From positions 142,600,001 through 142,664,000 of the forward strand of contig OX597816.1 of the NCBI GenBank assembly GCA_951406725.2: DNA of 64,000 nucleotides, in the 5' to 3' direction. This DNA comes from Octopus vulgaris (taxonomy: Eukaryota). Below are positions 50,693 to 64,000 of the stretch, piece by piece. Each line of letters starts with the position of its first letter. The first letter of the stretch is position 1. Both the position numbers and the translations under genes were made by a program. The notes below the pieces were generated by a model, which was given only the letters and a program-made list of their open reading frames with translations, made no database searches and was not told where the DNA came from.

Positions 50693-52649
50693 ATAATGTT
50701 AATAATTTTAATGTTCACTTTTCCATGCTTGCAAGGGTCAGTCAGAATTCGTTGAGAAAACTTTTCTATGGCTAGATGTCCTTCCTATCATGAACCCTCA
50801 TCTGTTTCAATGCAAGAGAATTTCCCTATGGCATGACATTTTTCACAAAAGTTTAGAAACAAGCACTTTTATAATTTGATTAACAATTTGATTATCATTT
50901 ACGAGCATCACAAAATTCAAGACTAGGGTGCATGCATGCATGTGCATACATATATGTATACACTGGGATTTTTTCAGTTTTTGTCTACTAAATCCATTCA
51001 CAAGCTTTGGTTGGCCTGGGGCTATAGCTGAAGTCACTTGTCTAAGCTGTTATATACTATAGCCCTAGACTAACCAAAAGCTTGTGAGTGGATTTGGTAA
51101 GCAGAAATCTACCAAATACACACATACACACACATGCCAAGTGGTTCCCCAGCAAAGCTGTATTTCAATGGCTAAAACAAGAGTATACATATATACTTGC
51201 AAATATATGCATACACACACATCTGTAATATTGTAAGCTTGCCCTCATTATTGCTAGACTCCATTTACATTAACCATGTTGAGATAATCAATAAATGCTA
51301 ATAAACACAAGTGAAAATGTGGTGTGTGGTATTTTCTTGGTGTTCTCTTTAACATTCACATTTTTCAAAGAGATTTAAAAAAAATATATTTTCATCAGAA
51401 TAATGCTACACTTTATTACTAATATAATGTGCTGCTTCTAAATATGAAACATAAGTTGGTTATAATCAATAACACATCAAACTATTATTGCATGATAGGA
51501 TGTTATTGACTATCCCCAGGTCAGTTCTGATGCAGCAGACCTATGTTTTACCTATGAGTGTCTTGTCCTTTTCTTTTATTTTTCCAGACGTAGTTTACCT
51601 GGGACTGTATTATCCAGTGTGCCTTTCCTATTTTCAACATGGCATTATTAGATTTAAGAATAAACTGACAAGCTGGCAGATTCATTACTGCTCTGGGCAA
51701 AATGCGTAGGGGCATTTCTTCTGGATCTTAACATTCTTAGTTCAAATTCTATCAAGATCAACTTTGCCTTTCTTCCTTTCAATGTCAGTAAAATAAAGTA
51801 CTAATCAAGTACTGGGGTCATTGTAATTGACCGCCCATAAAATTGCTGGCCTTGTGCCAAAATTTGAAATAATTATTACATTTAAGAATTTCTGCTATTT
51901 CTAGCAGGTCAAACAATGTTTTTGCTTGCTCCATAATTGGATTAAATGATGGCTTTTTGAATCTCAGGTTCTAATCCAGTAGAACTATTCATCATCCTCA
52001 TCAAACGTGTTGTCCATACTGGCATGGGTTGGATAGTTTGACCAGAGCTGGTAAGCTGAGGGGCTGCACCAGATTCCAGTCTGATTTGGCATGGCTTCTA
52101 TGGCTGGATGCCCTTCCTAATGCCAATCACTCCAAGAGTGTATTAGGTGCTTTTACGTTCTACAAGTATGGGTGCCAGTTGCATGACCCCAGTATCTGCT
52201 ACAACTATGATTTCACTTAGCTTGATGGATCTTCCTTCTCAAGCACAGCATATTGACAAAGGTCTCAGTCATTTATTGTTGCCTCCATGAGGCCCAGTGC
52301 TCGAAAGGTGCTTTTTACGTGTCACCAGTATAGTTGCTGGTTCTGCGACACCAGCATTGGCCACATTGCCTCTATTGTGACAGATACTCCCAAGTGAGAA
52401 GTGGGATGTTCCACTACTGATAAATAGCGAACAGATACAGCAAGCAGGGTCAGTTAGTGAGGGATTTTTGTTAGTGTTAAATCATTTTTGATTCCAGTTG
52501 ATGTAAGTCATATTATACTTTGTATCTTTGTTGAAGGTTCTCCCCACGCGAGTGAGCCATGTATTGTTGAATTCGTTAAATACCGTTGCTGTTTTTGCCT
52601 ACAGGCTTGTTAAATTTTGTGTTTGTCTTCTCCATTATGGGGCGAAGTG

Positions 52650-53360
52650 ACTGAAAAAAGAAAATAGTGTGAACCAGTTCCAGCAATGCCGGGAGTTATG
52701 TTTCAGCAGCTGGGAAAGGTAGTCACAGACTCGCTAGAAGTGTGAGAAATTAAAATTGAACAGAAGCTGAAATAATACTACAGGCTGATTCAAAAGGAGG
52801 GATCCAGTTTAAAGCTGACCCCTCCAGAAGAAGTGACAATCAGTACCAAGAAAAGAACAGTGGTGTACAGAACGCTATCGACAACAACCAAGAAAATAGA
52901 GATAGCTACAGAAGAGGTAACTGAAGAATGTCTGAAAGAAATTAAGAATCTGACAACATTCTATACAAGAGGCAGAAAATATGGCACAATGGAGGTGAGA
53001 TTTTCAAACGAACAAGAGACAATAAATCACTCCACTGTGACACTGAAGACAGAAAAATGGGTACTCCTGCCTACTTACTGTGCAAAAGGGTTGCCAGAGT
53101 GAGAATAGGCAGGGTGCCACCGGAAATCAAAGACACATAGCTGGTGGCAGCCGTAATGCATAAAACCAAAAAGGATGCCAAAATTCTAAAGGTGACAAGG
53201 ACAAAGAAGGCAAATTGATGGGGATATGGACTAGAAATGATTATTCAGATTGGACAAAAAGATTTGAACGAAATCGCTGAAGAGGTGATTTTTATCAGAG
53301 GACGTAAAGTTGAGAGTGGTGGTGGAAGGAAGACCACCAGCCTGCTATCAATGTGGGGAG
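52650..53360 (+). pseudogene. Tx1/L1-type LINE ORF1 relic ending at the zinc knuckle
   Basis: ORF 52833-53102 continues after a frameshift as RVARVRIGRVPPEI..LRVVVEGRPPACYQCG (start of a CX2C knuckle), with stops. Confidence 0.65.
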
Positions 53361-56300
53361 ATTTATTATTAAGGATATTTCAGCTGTGCCTATTCTGTCA
53401 GATATATTGATGGTTGTGAGGTTTGAAGGATATTTAACTGCTGTTTCTAACAGGTTAAATGGCCTGGGTGTTGGCAATCTTAAATATAGGCTGGTTGAGT
53501 ACACTATATCATTGAAGGACTAGTAACATGTGGAGTTCCGATTTGCACTCTCACTCATTCTCAGCTGTGCCCCGTAAATCTTTTAGTTATTTTCTTGTTG
53601 ATTTAATTTATATTGGCATTTTTTAATTTCAATTTTGCTATTATATCTGATGATCTATGATATACTGGCATGTACCCAGAAAAATGTTTCTTTCTCACAA
53701 CTGTTAAAAAAACAGTGTAGTATATTTTTCAAAAATTTCATGCGTCCCAAAATTCTCCAACCCTCCTCCTAATATATCTATGCACTCTCTTTATGGCTCT
53801 TTTACTTTTCTGACTTCTTATGTGTTTTATCCTGTATACTGTTTATGTACTTTTGGTTATCATTGCTCTCTTAAACTTATTACTGTTTTCTCTTCTCTCT
53901 TTTACTCTTTTTCTGAATTACAGTGCACTTGAGCACTGTATATGATAAATTCATTATTATCAAAACAGCATAACTAAATGATAAACACTAAATACTTAAA
54001 TTAACCCTCTTATAAATTATGAGGTTGTTTAGTGAAAGTCCTTTTGTGGTAACTAAATATGAAGGATTTTGTTAGATTTCTGATGTGGGAGCATTGTAAA
54101 ATGGACAAGTGTTATGTTAGTTTAGTGTTGAGATCATATAGTCTCAGGGAGATATCTTGGAAAGATATATACCCTAGTGGGTTTACTCTACATACATTAG
54201 CACAATGAAAGCCAGCAAGTCATAGTGCCACCTACAATCTAAAGTGTTTTGGGCCTCAATCACATTAACAGGGTGTGTTACCCTTTCTCAACCCTTGTTG
54301 AATAGACTGTCTTTTCAATCACAACCACTCAATCTTTTTAGGGAATATTTCCAGGAATAAATTATCAAATGTGTCTTTCCCATTTTTAAGATGGTAAAAT
54401 TATTAAAATTTCCCTCTTTATTGCAAAAAGAAAATATAAACATAGCTTGAAATTTTTAGTGACTATTTTACTATCTGTAAAATTCAGAATGGCAGGCTTT
54501 GTTATAAGATATGGGTGAGATCTAGCCGACTGAAACATGTCCATAATTGCCTTCATTGGTCAAACTTTCCTGCTGCTGAGCCTGTTTATTACTTTTGAAA
54601 AGATTAAATTATAATTTCTTGAATGTCTCTCCCTTTTTCTTTGAGATTTATTAACTGTTGTTGCTAGGTTTTGATTTTCTTTCTCTAGCCCTGAGGAAAT
54701 CTCAATTAATTACTAATTGTGTGTGCAGTATTCAGTTCACAATTTCATTTTATCATAATTTATGGCATTGGCTCATTTGAATTATTTACTTTAGGTCATT
54801 CTATTTTGCATTTCTTTAAGCCAGGACCTTAATTTTTAAAGCAGTCTTTCAACAGTGTTAGTAATTGAGTGAAGAGAAGAGTCAGTAGTTTGTAAAATTG
54901 ATTTAAAGTAATATTATTTAAGCAGTCATAACTTTAGGTTGCTGCTACTATTACAATTTCAAATTTTGGCACGAGGTCAGCAATTTTAAGGAAGGTGTGA
55001 GTTAATTATATCAACCCCAGTACTAGTCATTGTATAATTGTATATTGACCCTGAAAGGATGAGAGGCCAAGTTGATCTTGGTGGAATTTGAACTCAGAAT
55101 GTTATTTTACACAGGTACAATCATCTAGTCTGGGCCATGCTGCAGTACTATGCTGTGAATCATTTGGTTTTAGGCTACACAGAAACAAATTTAAAAAATT
55201 TCTTTTTATTTTATTGACTATCACAGTCTGCAAGGTGTTTTTGCATTATATATATATTGTATATATAATAATTAAATTATATATTATTCACTTTATTATG
55301 AATGTAATCCCTTGGTTTGTGGAAAAATTCTTGAATGAAACCAGTCCATGGTGCAAAAAAGTTTGAGGACCACAGATCAGGGTGAATGAATGTATTGACT
55401 CTAGCACCTGACTAATACTTATTTCCCCAAGAGATAAAATAAGTTGACTTAGTGGATTTTAAACTCCTGGTGTAAAGGGACATAGCTTAATATCACAATG
55501 TGTTTAAACCATCATTCTACTGTTCACTACTCTACTGATCTTAGCACTCTCAAAAACATAAACCACATTGATTCTTGTTTTATGTAACAGCATTGATGAC
55601 AACAGAATGAATTTCATGGTTAAATAAACTCTTCTAGCTGCTGCTTTATCTCTGTTCTGTTACAGAAATCTTAGAAGATAAATCAAAGCAACCTCAGAAA
55701 TGCATGTTCTTGTAGAAATTATCTAATCAGCAGAAATATAAGAGGCAAAAGCATGAAACAACAACATCATTATGTCAAAATAAATTCACTAATTTCTGAC
55801 CTGTTCTTCATTATAATCTTAGAAAGTACAAGATTTCATTTCTAGTGTTACTTGGAGGTGGAGGTGGGGTTTAAAAAATGTCTTATATACTATGTATAGA
55901 AAGTTATGTCTACCTCTGCATGTTTCTCTCTCTCTCTCCCAGATCTCTCTCTCTCATCTCCCCCTCTACCCTTCCCTCTGCTCTCTTCATACAAGCTCTT
56001 AGGGAACCTGTCAGATAGTGGTCTGTAGATGTAAATCAAAGGACCAGCTTTGTTATGCAGTCACACTAACTCTCCTTGAGAATTATGTTAAGGGTACATG
56101 TCTGTGGAATACTCAGCCACTTAAACGTTCACTCTCGGTGAATAGGCAATTCCATTGAATGAACAATTGGAAGACTCATCGATGAAACAGATGGAGATCT
56201 ATTTTACAAGTGTGTGTGTGTGTGTATGTGTGAGATACTTTTGTAGCTTTTTTTTGTCCTACATTGTTCTCATCATTTTTTCCTTCACTCATTTCCTTCC

Positions 56301-57684
56301 TTTTCTATTTCTCTCTCTCACTATGTGTGTGTGTGATACACACATACACACACATACATGCACACAGAAAATCACCATCTCTATATTCTTTGTTCTTTCT
56401 CTCTCTCTCAATCATTTTTTTCTTATCAGATTTAATGGCTTCAATAATGAAAAAAAAAATGTGTGAAACTAAGTCTAAACTATAACTTTTCAATGTAGAA
56501 CTGTAATGAATTTATTCTCTCACAGCATGTGCCATTTTGTTAATCTATGTGAAACATACTTTTAGGTTAAATGTCTAAAATAAAATGTTAATAACATTTT
56601 TCAGACTGACATCAGCTGTAGAGATGATTTTTAAGCATGTACTTATTCTATTCTCTTTTGCCAAACTTCTAAGTTACAGGTCATAAGCCCACCAACACCA
56701 GTTGTCAAATGGTAGTGAGACACACATGCATGCAAGCATGCACATGTGCAACAGGTTTCTTTCAGTTTCCATCTACCAAATCCACTCACAAGATTTTGAT
56801 CAACCCGGGAGTGTAATAGAAGACACTTGCCCAAGGTGTCACACAGTAGGACTGAACCTGGAACCATGAAGTTAGGAAGCAAACTTCTTATCAAAGGTTC
56901 CTAGTTAGAATTCAGCCTGGTACTGTGTACACATTTAATAATAAAACAGCTGATGATGATCAGTGATCAAACTGATTGAAATGGCGTAGATACTGTAAAT
57001 GTTGAAACAGAGATGCAAATATGAGGTTAATTATAATCTTGTACTTCCATTCTATCACATCTTTGTATGGGTGATGGGAATGTCTCTTGATGAAAATTAG
57101 CTGATTGTATTTTGGGTTAAATCTCTGTACAAATGAATAAAATATGTTTCGCTCTTTGTCACTCAAACATTTCAAACTGGCCGCTAAAACTCTGAGTAGT
57201 AGCAGTCAAATCTTCAAATAACACCCTAATTTTTTTTTTTGGGGGGGGGAAGACCCCTTGGGCAATGAAGTGCCTGACAGGATTGTCACAGCTGGTCATC
57301 TTTTAGTCATAAACCTGCTTGTTCTGAGATAACCTGGGGCTAAACAACAGCTGTCAATACATTATTCATTCAATGAAGGATGTTCAGCATTGTTCCAATA
57401 ATGATTTCTTACATTGACGTGAGGTCAGAAATGTTATACATGAAAGCTACAGTCAATATAATTGATACTAGTACATAACTACTGCTTATCTTATTGATTC
57501 TGATAGGATATAAAGGAAAGTTAGCTCTGGCTGGATTATTATAGCTCATAATCCAGGGAAGGATTATAGGTCATAATGTAAAGAAGCAAAAACATTTCTG
57601 TCAGTCTGTCACTCTAGTAATGTTCCAATATTTTTAGCAGATCCCTTTGACATAGATATATTATCATCATTATTATTATTATTA

Positions 57685-57810
57685 GGAATGAGAACCCAGG
57701 TTCGAAATTTCCCCAAGACACCTGATGAAGGCTGGAGGGCATATCAGCTGAAATGTTGTGTTAACAAAGATAAGGACAAATATCCGTCAAATGTAAATAA
57801 TGTAAATAAT
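57685..57810 (+). mobile_element. Short Penelope-like pLTR remnant next to (ATT)n carrying a minimal type I hammerhead (57717-57762)
   Basis: GACAC-CTGATGA-A-GGCTG..CAGCT-GAAA-TG-T-T-GTGTT: stem I GACAC/GTGTT, stem II GGCTG/CAGCT; ends in (TGTAAATAA)2. Confidence 0.65.
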
Positions 57811-60800
57811 TTACCTTCTGAGTTCAAATTTCATCAAGGTTGATTTTGCTTTACATCTTTTTGGGGTTGTAAAATAAATATCAGTCAAGTACTGGGGTCA
57901 ATATAATCGATTAGCTCCCTCCTTTCAGGCCTTGTATCTATAATAGAATTATTATTACATCCCTCCTTTCCTTCACACTCCTTTTTCCCACTCACTTTCT
58001 TCTCTTTCTGCTTTCTGACTTTCCCCCCACCTTTTTTGCTCTTGTATTCTTTTCTCTTTCTTTGTTTTTCTTATTACTCTTACATCCCTCACTAAGCTAG
58101 CCAGATTGTTGTGCTGAGCTCAAATCTTTCTAACAAAATACTCTTAAAGACATCTTCCAGAAGTTCTTGGCATAACAGTACTACAAAGGTATTACTTGTT
58201 TGAGACTAGCTCTGTAGTCATGAGAAAGCCAAATCAAACTGAGACACCTTCATGCTATTTTATTTGTGCATTGTGGGCTTGTGTTGAAAGCTGCTGTCAC
58301 ATGTAAAAAAGAATCCAGATCTCAGTCAAGTTTGTGAAAAAATCAATCTACAGGAAAGAGTAACCAGTCTTTCACTGTCTGGTGGCTTTAATGAAAGTTG
58401 TCTGGTGGTCTTGTCTAAAAGGTTTGATAGGACATTTTCTTCTGTGCCCAAGCTCTCATCAGCTTCATGTACCACTCCAAGAGCAAGGTAAAGATGGAGA
58501 GGGAGGTGCTGCTTTCTAGTTTATTTATAATGAAAGGTTAGTGAGAATGGCAGGAGTGATGAGTCTAAATGGACCAAACTTAAGCATGCTTTCCTAAGCA
58601 GGAGGAAGGAAACTGAGAAAGGGCACTTTTTGATGCCTTGGAAAAACCTCGTCAAATTACTTCAGCCTGAACTATATTGCCACATTGTATACCTTGTTAT
58701 ATTTTTCTCTAACTCGTGTTTTGTATTCAAATCCAGGTAAAGTCAACTTTGTCTTTCATGCTCCTAGGGTTGATAAAAATGTCGGTCAAGCATTGATATT
58801 TTTTCTGCTTAGAATATTGCCTGTGACAGAGAAATTGGTTAGCAGCATTTCACTTCGTCCTTTGTGCTGAGTTCAAATGCTGCTGAGGTCAACTTTGCCT
58901 TTCATCCATTTGGAGTTGTGAAAATAAAGTACTGATCAAGTATTGGAGTTAATTTTCCCTCAAATAGCTGCCCTTGTGCCAAAATTACAAAGAATTATTA
59001 ATGTGTAAAGCAACAGAATTGTTAGAGCATCAGAAAAATGCTCTGCAGTATTTGTCCAGGCTTTTTATATTTTAAGTTCAGATTCCACCAAGATAAACTT
59101 TGCCTTTTATCCTTTTGGGGGCCAATAAAGTTCCAGTCAAGAACTGGGATCTATTTAATTATTGAAGCCTTGTCCTTAATTCTTGATCTTGTGTCTATAC
59201 TGGAAACTCTTAAGGATGGTTGATGGCTGAACAATAAAGGGACATTATTAAAAACTGCAACATATTTAGTTGGGTTCAAATTCAGCAATGATTGATTGTA
59301 CCTTTCATTCTTCCGTGGTCAATAAAATAAGTACCAGTCACTATCACACTTTTAAACATCTTTTGTTTGACATCTTAATTTCTATTTGTCCTAAACATAG
59401 TGAATATTGTTATTGTTTAGCTCCATGCCAACTCCAATGATGCAGTCCTATAATTAAAAGTATTCCAAATATGACCATCCTGTTTTTTTAATTCATTTTA
59501 TGGTATATTTAGAACTACATTATCTTGCCTTTTAAAAAGTGGAATTTGTGAAAAATTTAGCTATTTTAAACAAGATGTGTTACTCCAGAGAGGCTCCCAT
59601 ATTGGCCGGTATTGATGTTGTTGTTTAGCCCCAGGCCAGATTTATGATCAAAGGTGTTCCATGCAGTGTATCTCGTGTTGACAATATATGAGAATATTGA
59701 TGAAAACCATTCAGTAAAAGTTAGTCTTTGAAAGCTCCTTTCAAGTTCCATTGAGAGTTATTTAACTTCCCTTATATTTCTAATGCCTTTTGGAGTGTCA
59801 CAGTATCTATCCAAGGCTTTCTTATTTAGATAAAGAAAGCAACAGGTGGTGGTACTGATGACTATGATGATGAGAGGGAGCTTCTGTGTGTTTTTTTTCT
59901 CAGATACTTTGATTGACAAGACATATAGCAAGTCACATTCAGAAAGAGATGTGTATTACAGTGCTTTGTAGTCAAAACAGCAGGTTATCATCAACACAAA
60001 AGCTTATATTTTTAATATCATTAAGTAGGTAGCAACTGTTGGTCACCACAACAGTATGTATTGATCCTGAATATAATTCTACACATTCACCAAACATAGA
60101 TTAAAGTGCATCAGGAACAAATCACCTGTTACAAGCAGGAGCAATTGTTACTGTTTAACTTCTTGTGCTTCATTTGAGAGGAAGCTTGTTAAATGGTTTC
60201 ATTAAAAGAATTGCTATAAAACGATTGTGAGAAACTACAAATGATTTGCTGACACTACTACTGTTTATTATTTTAATTGTATTTTTTTTTTTTTTTTTTG
60301 AGAATTCTCTGTTTTGCATTTAAATTTATTTCTCTCTTTATCACTTTCTCTCTTGTATGCTTTTTTTTTCTTTAGTATTATATATTGATTTACTGTCACA
60401 ATTTTTGTAAAATGATCTATTTTTGATTTCCTTTACCTAGATTCTACACCACTGCATTCTGCCATTCTTAGCATTATATACATTTCCTTTTTTACTTTTT
60501 ACTATTCCTTAACTTATGCAATTGCACAAGGGTATAGCAGGTTTCATTATGTACTTAGGTGCCAGAATGCTACAATTTACCATTGTTAGTGTTTCTTACA
60601 CACTCACAGCTTTTCAGTGGATTCTTTCTGGTATTTTAGCATCATTGGTAAATACCAAAATGACATTTAGAATAGAACCTTTTTTTAAATTTTTTTCACT
60701 AGTTGGAGCTAATATTTTATAAATTACATTAAAAGAAACCACAACAAAATGGGGTGTATTATTTTGTCTTATTTAATAGTTGCATAAACATTTTGTTACA

Positions 60801-61873
60801 CAGTGAGCTGGCAGAATCATTAGTTCATCAAGCCAAACACTTAGCACCATTTTTCTAGTTCTTTGCCTTCTAAGTTTAAATTCTGCTACAGTCAACATTG
60901 TTTAACATTCTTTTATTCTTATTTGACATTTGACTGTGGCCATGTTGGAGCATTGCCTTAAATGAGTTTTAGTCAAATAAATCAATCCCAGGACTTATTC
61001 TTTGTTAGCTTAGTACTTATTCTATCATTCTCTTTTAGCCAAACTGCTAAGTTACAGGAAATAAACACACCAGCATCGGTTGTCAAGTGATGGCTGGGGT
61101 ACAAACAGACATAAAAACACATGTACACACACAATAGGCTTCTTTCAGTTTCTGTCTACCAAATCCACTCAAGGCTTTGGTCAGTGTGAGTCTATAGTAG
61201 AAGACACTTGCCCAAGGTGCCACACAGTGGGTCTAAACCTGGAACCATGTGGTTGAGAAGCAATCTTCTTACCACACAGCCATGCCTGTGCTTTTTATTT
61301 TTTTGTTTTTTTAGGGTGAGGGTACGTGGTTGGTGTAATCCACTTGATGCCTCTTAAAATTGCTGGCCTTGTGCAAAAATTACAAAGAATTATTATAAAT
61401 GTGGTAAGCTGGCAGAATTGGTAACATGCCAGATAAAATGCTGCTAAGCATTTCATCTGTTTTTACATTCTAAGTTCAAATTTCACCAAGGTTGACTTTG
61501 CTTTCCATCCTTTCAATAAAATAAGCACCAGCTGACCACTAAGATTGACATAATTGACCAGTCTCCTCCCCCAAAATTTCAGGCCTTGTTCTTATAGTAG
61601 AAGGGATTATTATTAATATACATCCAATCCATGCCAGTACAGAAAATGGATGTTAAAAGATGATGAAGAGCTTAGTCATAGGAGGGCAGTGTTTAGGATC
61701 TTTCTCAGGTCATCCATGACTGGTGAAAGTTCTCAGACTGGAGACCTAAGCCAAATGTTTGGAAAAACATGGACTTTGCTGAAAGCAATAAAGGGCCATG
61801 TAGGGCTGTTTATCCACTGACACACGCACATGCACACACACACATGCACACACACACATGCACACACACACAT

Positions 61874-61906
<33 letters not shown>

Positions 61907-63482
61907 CACACACACATGCACACAGTCAACCTTGATAAAGTAGACCTTATGATCAGCCAATCTAGACATTACAATCTTGGGTTGTTTTTTTTTGCTTTTT
62001 TTCATTTTTCTGATATAGTATATCCAGAAATACATTATCAAAGATGGCCTGCCTTCTTTTTATAATTTTTAAAAAAGTAATATAACTTAGCTGCATTTTG
62101 TCTGTCCTTACATTCTGAACTTAAGTTCCACCGCTGTTCACTTTGCCTTTCATTCTTTTGGAGTTGATAAAATAAGTACCAGGAACATTATGCCTGACAT
62201 AAATAGGATGGGATGGGATGGTCTTGGTTGGAATGCTTTTGGGCAAAGGTCTGCCCAATCAAAGGTGATTTGTGGCTAAGCAGTAATTATCCTTGTGTTC
62301 AGTTACCAGAGTCTCTGTTGTTAAAACTGTTAGAAATTACACCAATGACTGCTTGTATCCCATTTTTCTATCTTAAAGAAAGTACACATTAAATAAAAGT
62401 AGTTCTACATGTACTTTGGTTGAAAATAGATGAGATGGTTGCAACAGGAATGCTTTTGATTGTAGGTTTGCTGTAACAGGCTGACCTGGGACTAAAAAAT
62501 TATCACCATTAATTTTTGTATAATGGATTCTAACTTATGGTTTCATCTTTATTGATTTTGAATTTTTAAGTGTACATTGGTATTTTGAGAAGTATTTTAC
62601 ACCATATTGAGCATTTGCTCTTTTGGGTGTCTTCAGATAAAGAACTGTGATTATTAAATGCTTTTCAAAATGAGATGAACTTAGTGGAGAGTGAACTTTT
62701 AAACTACTGGCATTAACAATATACCCTTATTAGTTTCTCTTAGAAAATATTATCAACCTTCTTCACTGTTTATTAAGTTATTTTTTGTTGCTTTTTTCAT
62801 TTGTTGGATACCACAGAAATTATATCCAGCAAGCCTCGCCTTGAAGAATGTGAAAATGTCATTTTACTGAAAAGTATGGAATTAAGGTTATTGCTTTAGA
62901 TTGTAACTTTATCCAACAGATTCTACTTAACAACTCATAATGCTATTTCACTGTAATATAAATTAAGATTTTGCTTGTCTGTTGCCTTTGGAATGTCTAA
63001 TGCTTAATCTGATAGACTTAAATGTCAGGTCATCTGTTTTAGCATTAAATGAAAACCCTTATGTCCTTAATTGGACCCTTGCTCCTTTTGAACCATTTAA
63101 TGAGTGTTCTTAATGCTGTAAATTATCCAGCTATTCATTGTTGTTTAAGGTAAAAGGGTACCCTCTGTTTTGCATATTATTTCAGTAAAATGTACTACAG
63201 ATACTTAAAACAAATGAGTTGGTGCCATTTTATATTTGTACTTGTTTTTTGTTAATTTTATAAAAGTCTGTTAAATTGTGGTTAGAATTGCTCTTATTTC
63301 TGTGAGTTTACTTTGATATATGATTATAGTTTTGAGTTTAGAATATTCTGTCCTATATTAAGCAAGATATTTCTAGTTACTTATTACCCTCATCATAAAA
63401 TGGATTTTTCATACATCTGTCAAACCTACAATACAGGAACCGAACTCTCTGAATAATTCTTTGCTGTCTTAATATAGAGACC

Positions 63483-63700
63483 AAGGGTGGCAAGCTGGCA
63501 GAATCATTAGCTTGCTGGGTGAAATGCTTAGTGGTATTTTGTCTGCCATTACATTCTGAGTTCAAATTCCGCCGAGGTTGACTTTGCCCTTCATCCTTTT
63601 GGAGTTGCTTACGCACTGGGGTCGATGTAATTGACTTTATCCCTTTGTCTGTCCTTGTTTATCCCCTCTGTGTTTAGCCCCCTGTGGGCAATAAAGAACT
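63483..63700 (+). mobile_element. tRNA-derived Nin/Deu-type SINE
   Basis: GGCAAGCTGGCAGAATCATTAGC..GAGTTCAAATTCCGCCGAGGTTGACTTTGCC..CCCTTTGTCTGTCCTTGTTT, same family as 20357-20700. Confidence 0.8.
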
Positions 63701-64000
63701 AAATATAGAGACCAAGTGTTTAAATCTGAAGTTGTATTTATTTTTAAAGAAATGCTGAATGCCTGCAAGAAAAAGTTTAAAAAAACTTCATTAACTGCCA
63801 TTCATATCCTTCTTACAACCATCTCCTTTCCTCAGAAAAGAGTCATGACTAAAATTTCAGAATTTACCCCTTATGAAATACACTTATTTATAAACTCTAT
63901 TGTTTATTTTTGTTGTTGATGCCAGGACATCCTTCAACACTTTTCCTCTTCTATATGTACTTTCTTATTGATTGAGGTTAATAATAATAATATATATATT

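Noticed and set aside
62817-62886. Possible internal exon (CAG|...AAG|GTTATT, one open frame)
   Set aside because: Weak donor, phase not compatible with exon 1, no recognisable peptide.

Overview
AT-rich, microsatellite-rich eukaryotic DNA with almost no host coding sequence. The repeat complement (CORE- and Nin/Deu-type tRNA SINEs, CR1, RTE and Tx1/L1 relics, Penelope-like elements in (TA)n) suggests an invertebrate, most likely an octopus or other coleoid; this is inference. The one convincing host signal is a short first coding exon at 13313-13381 (+, NKAIN-like N-terminus), so most downstream sequence may be one large intron. The main young element is a 5'-truncated Penelope-like retroelement (RT + C-terminal GIY-YIG) present as a 1428-bp inverted pair (29789-33306), with a variant hammerhead fold in its 3' UTR. 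The most striking observation is a non-coding (TA)n-associated repeat family (4 copies) whose hammerhead ribozyme strands occur in a non-circularly permuted, pseudoknotted order, supported by compensatory changes between copies. A CpG-retaining domain (~10.7-41.6 kb) lies between CpG-depleted flanks.
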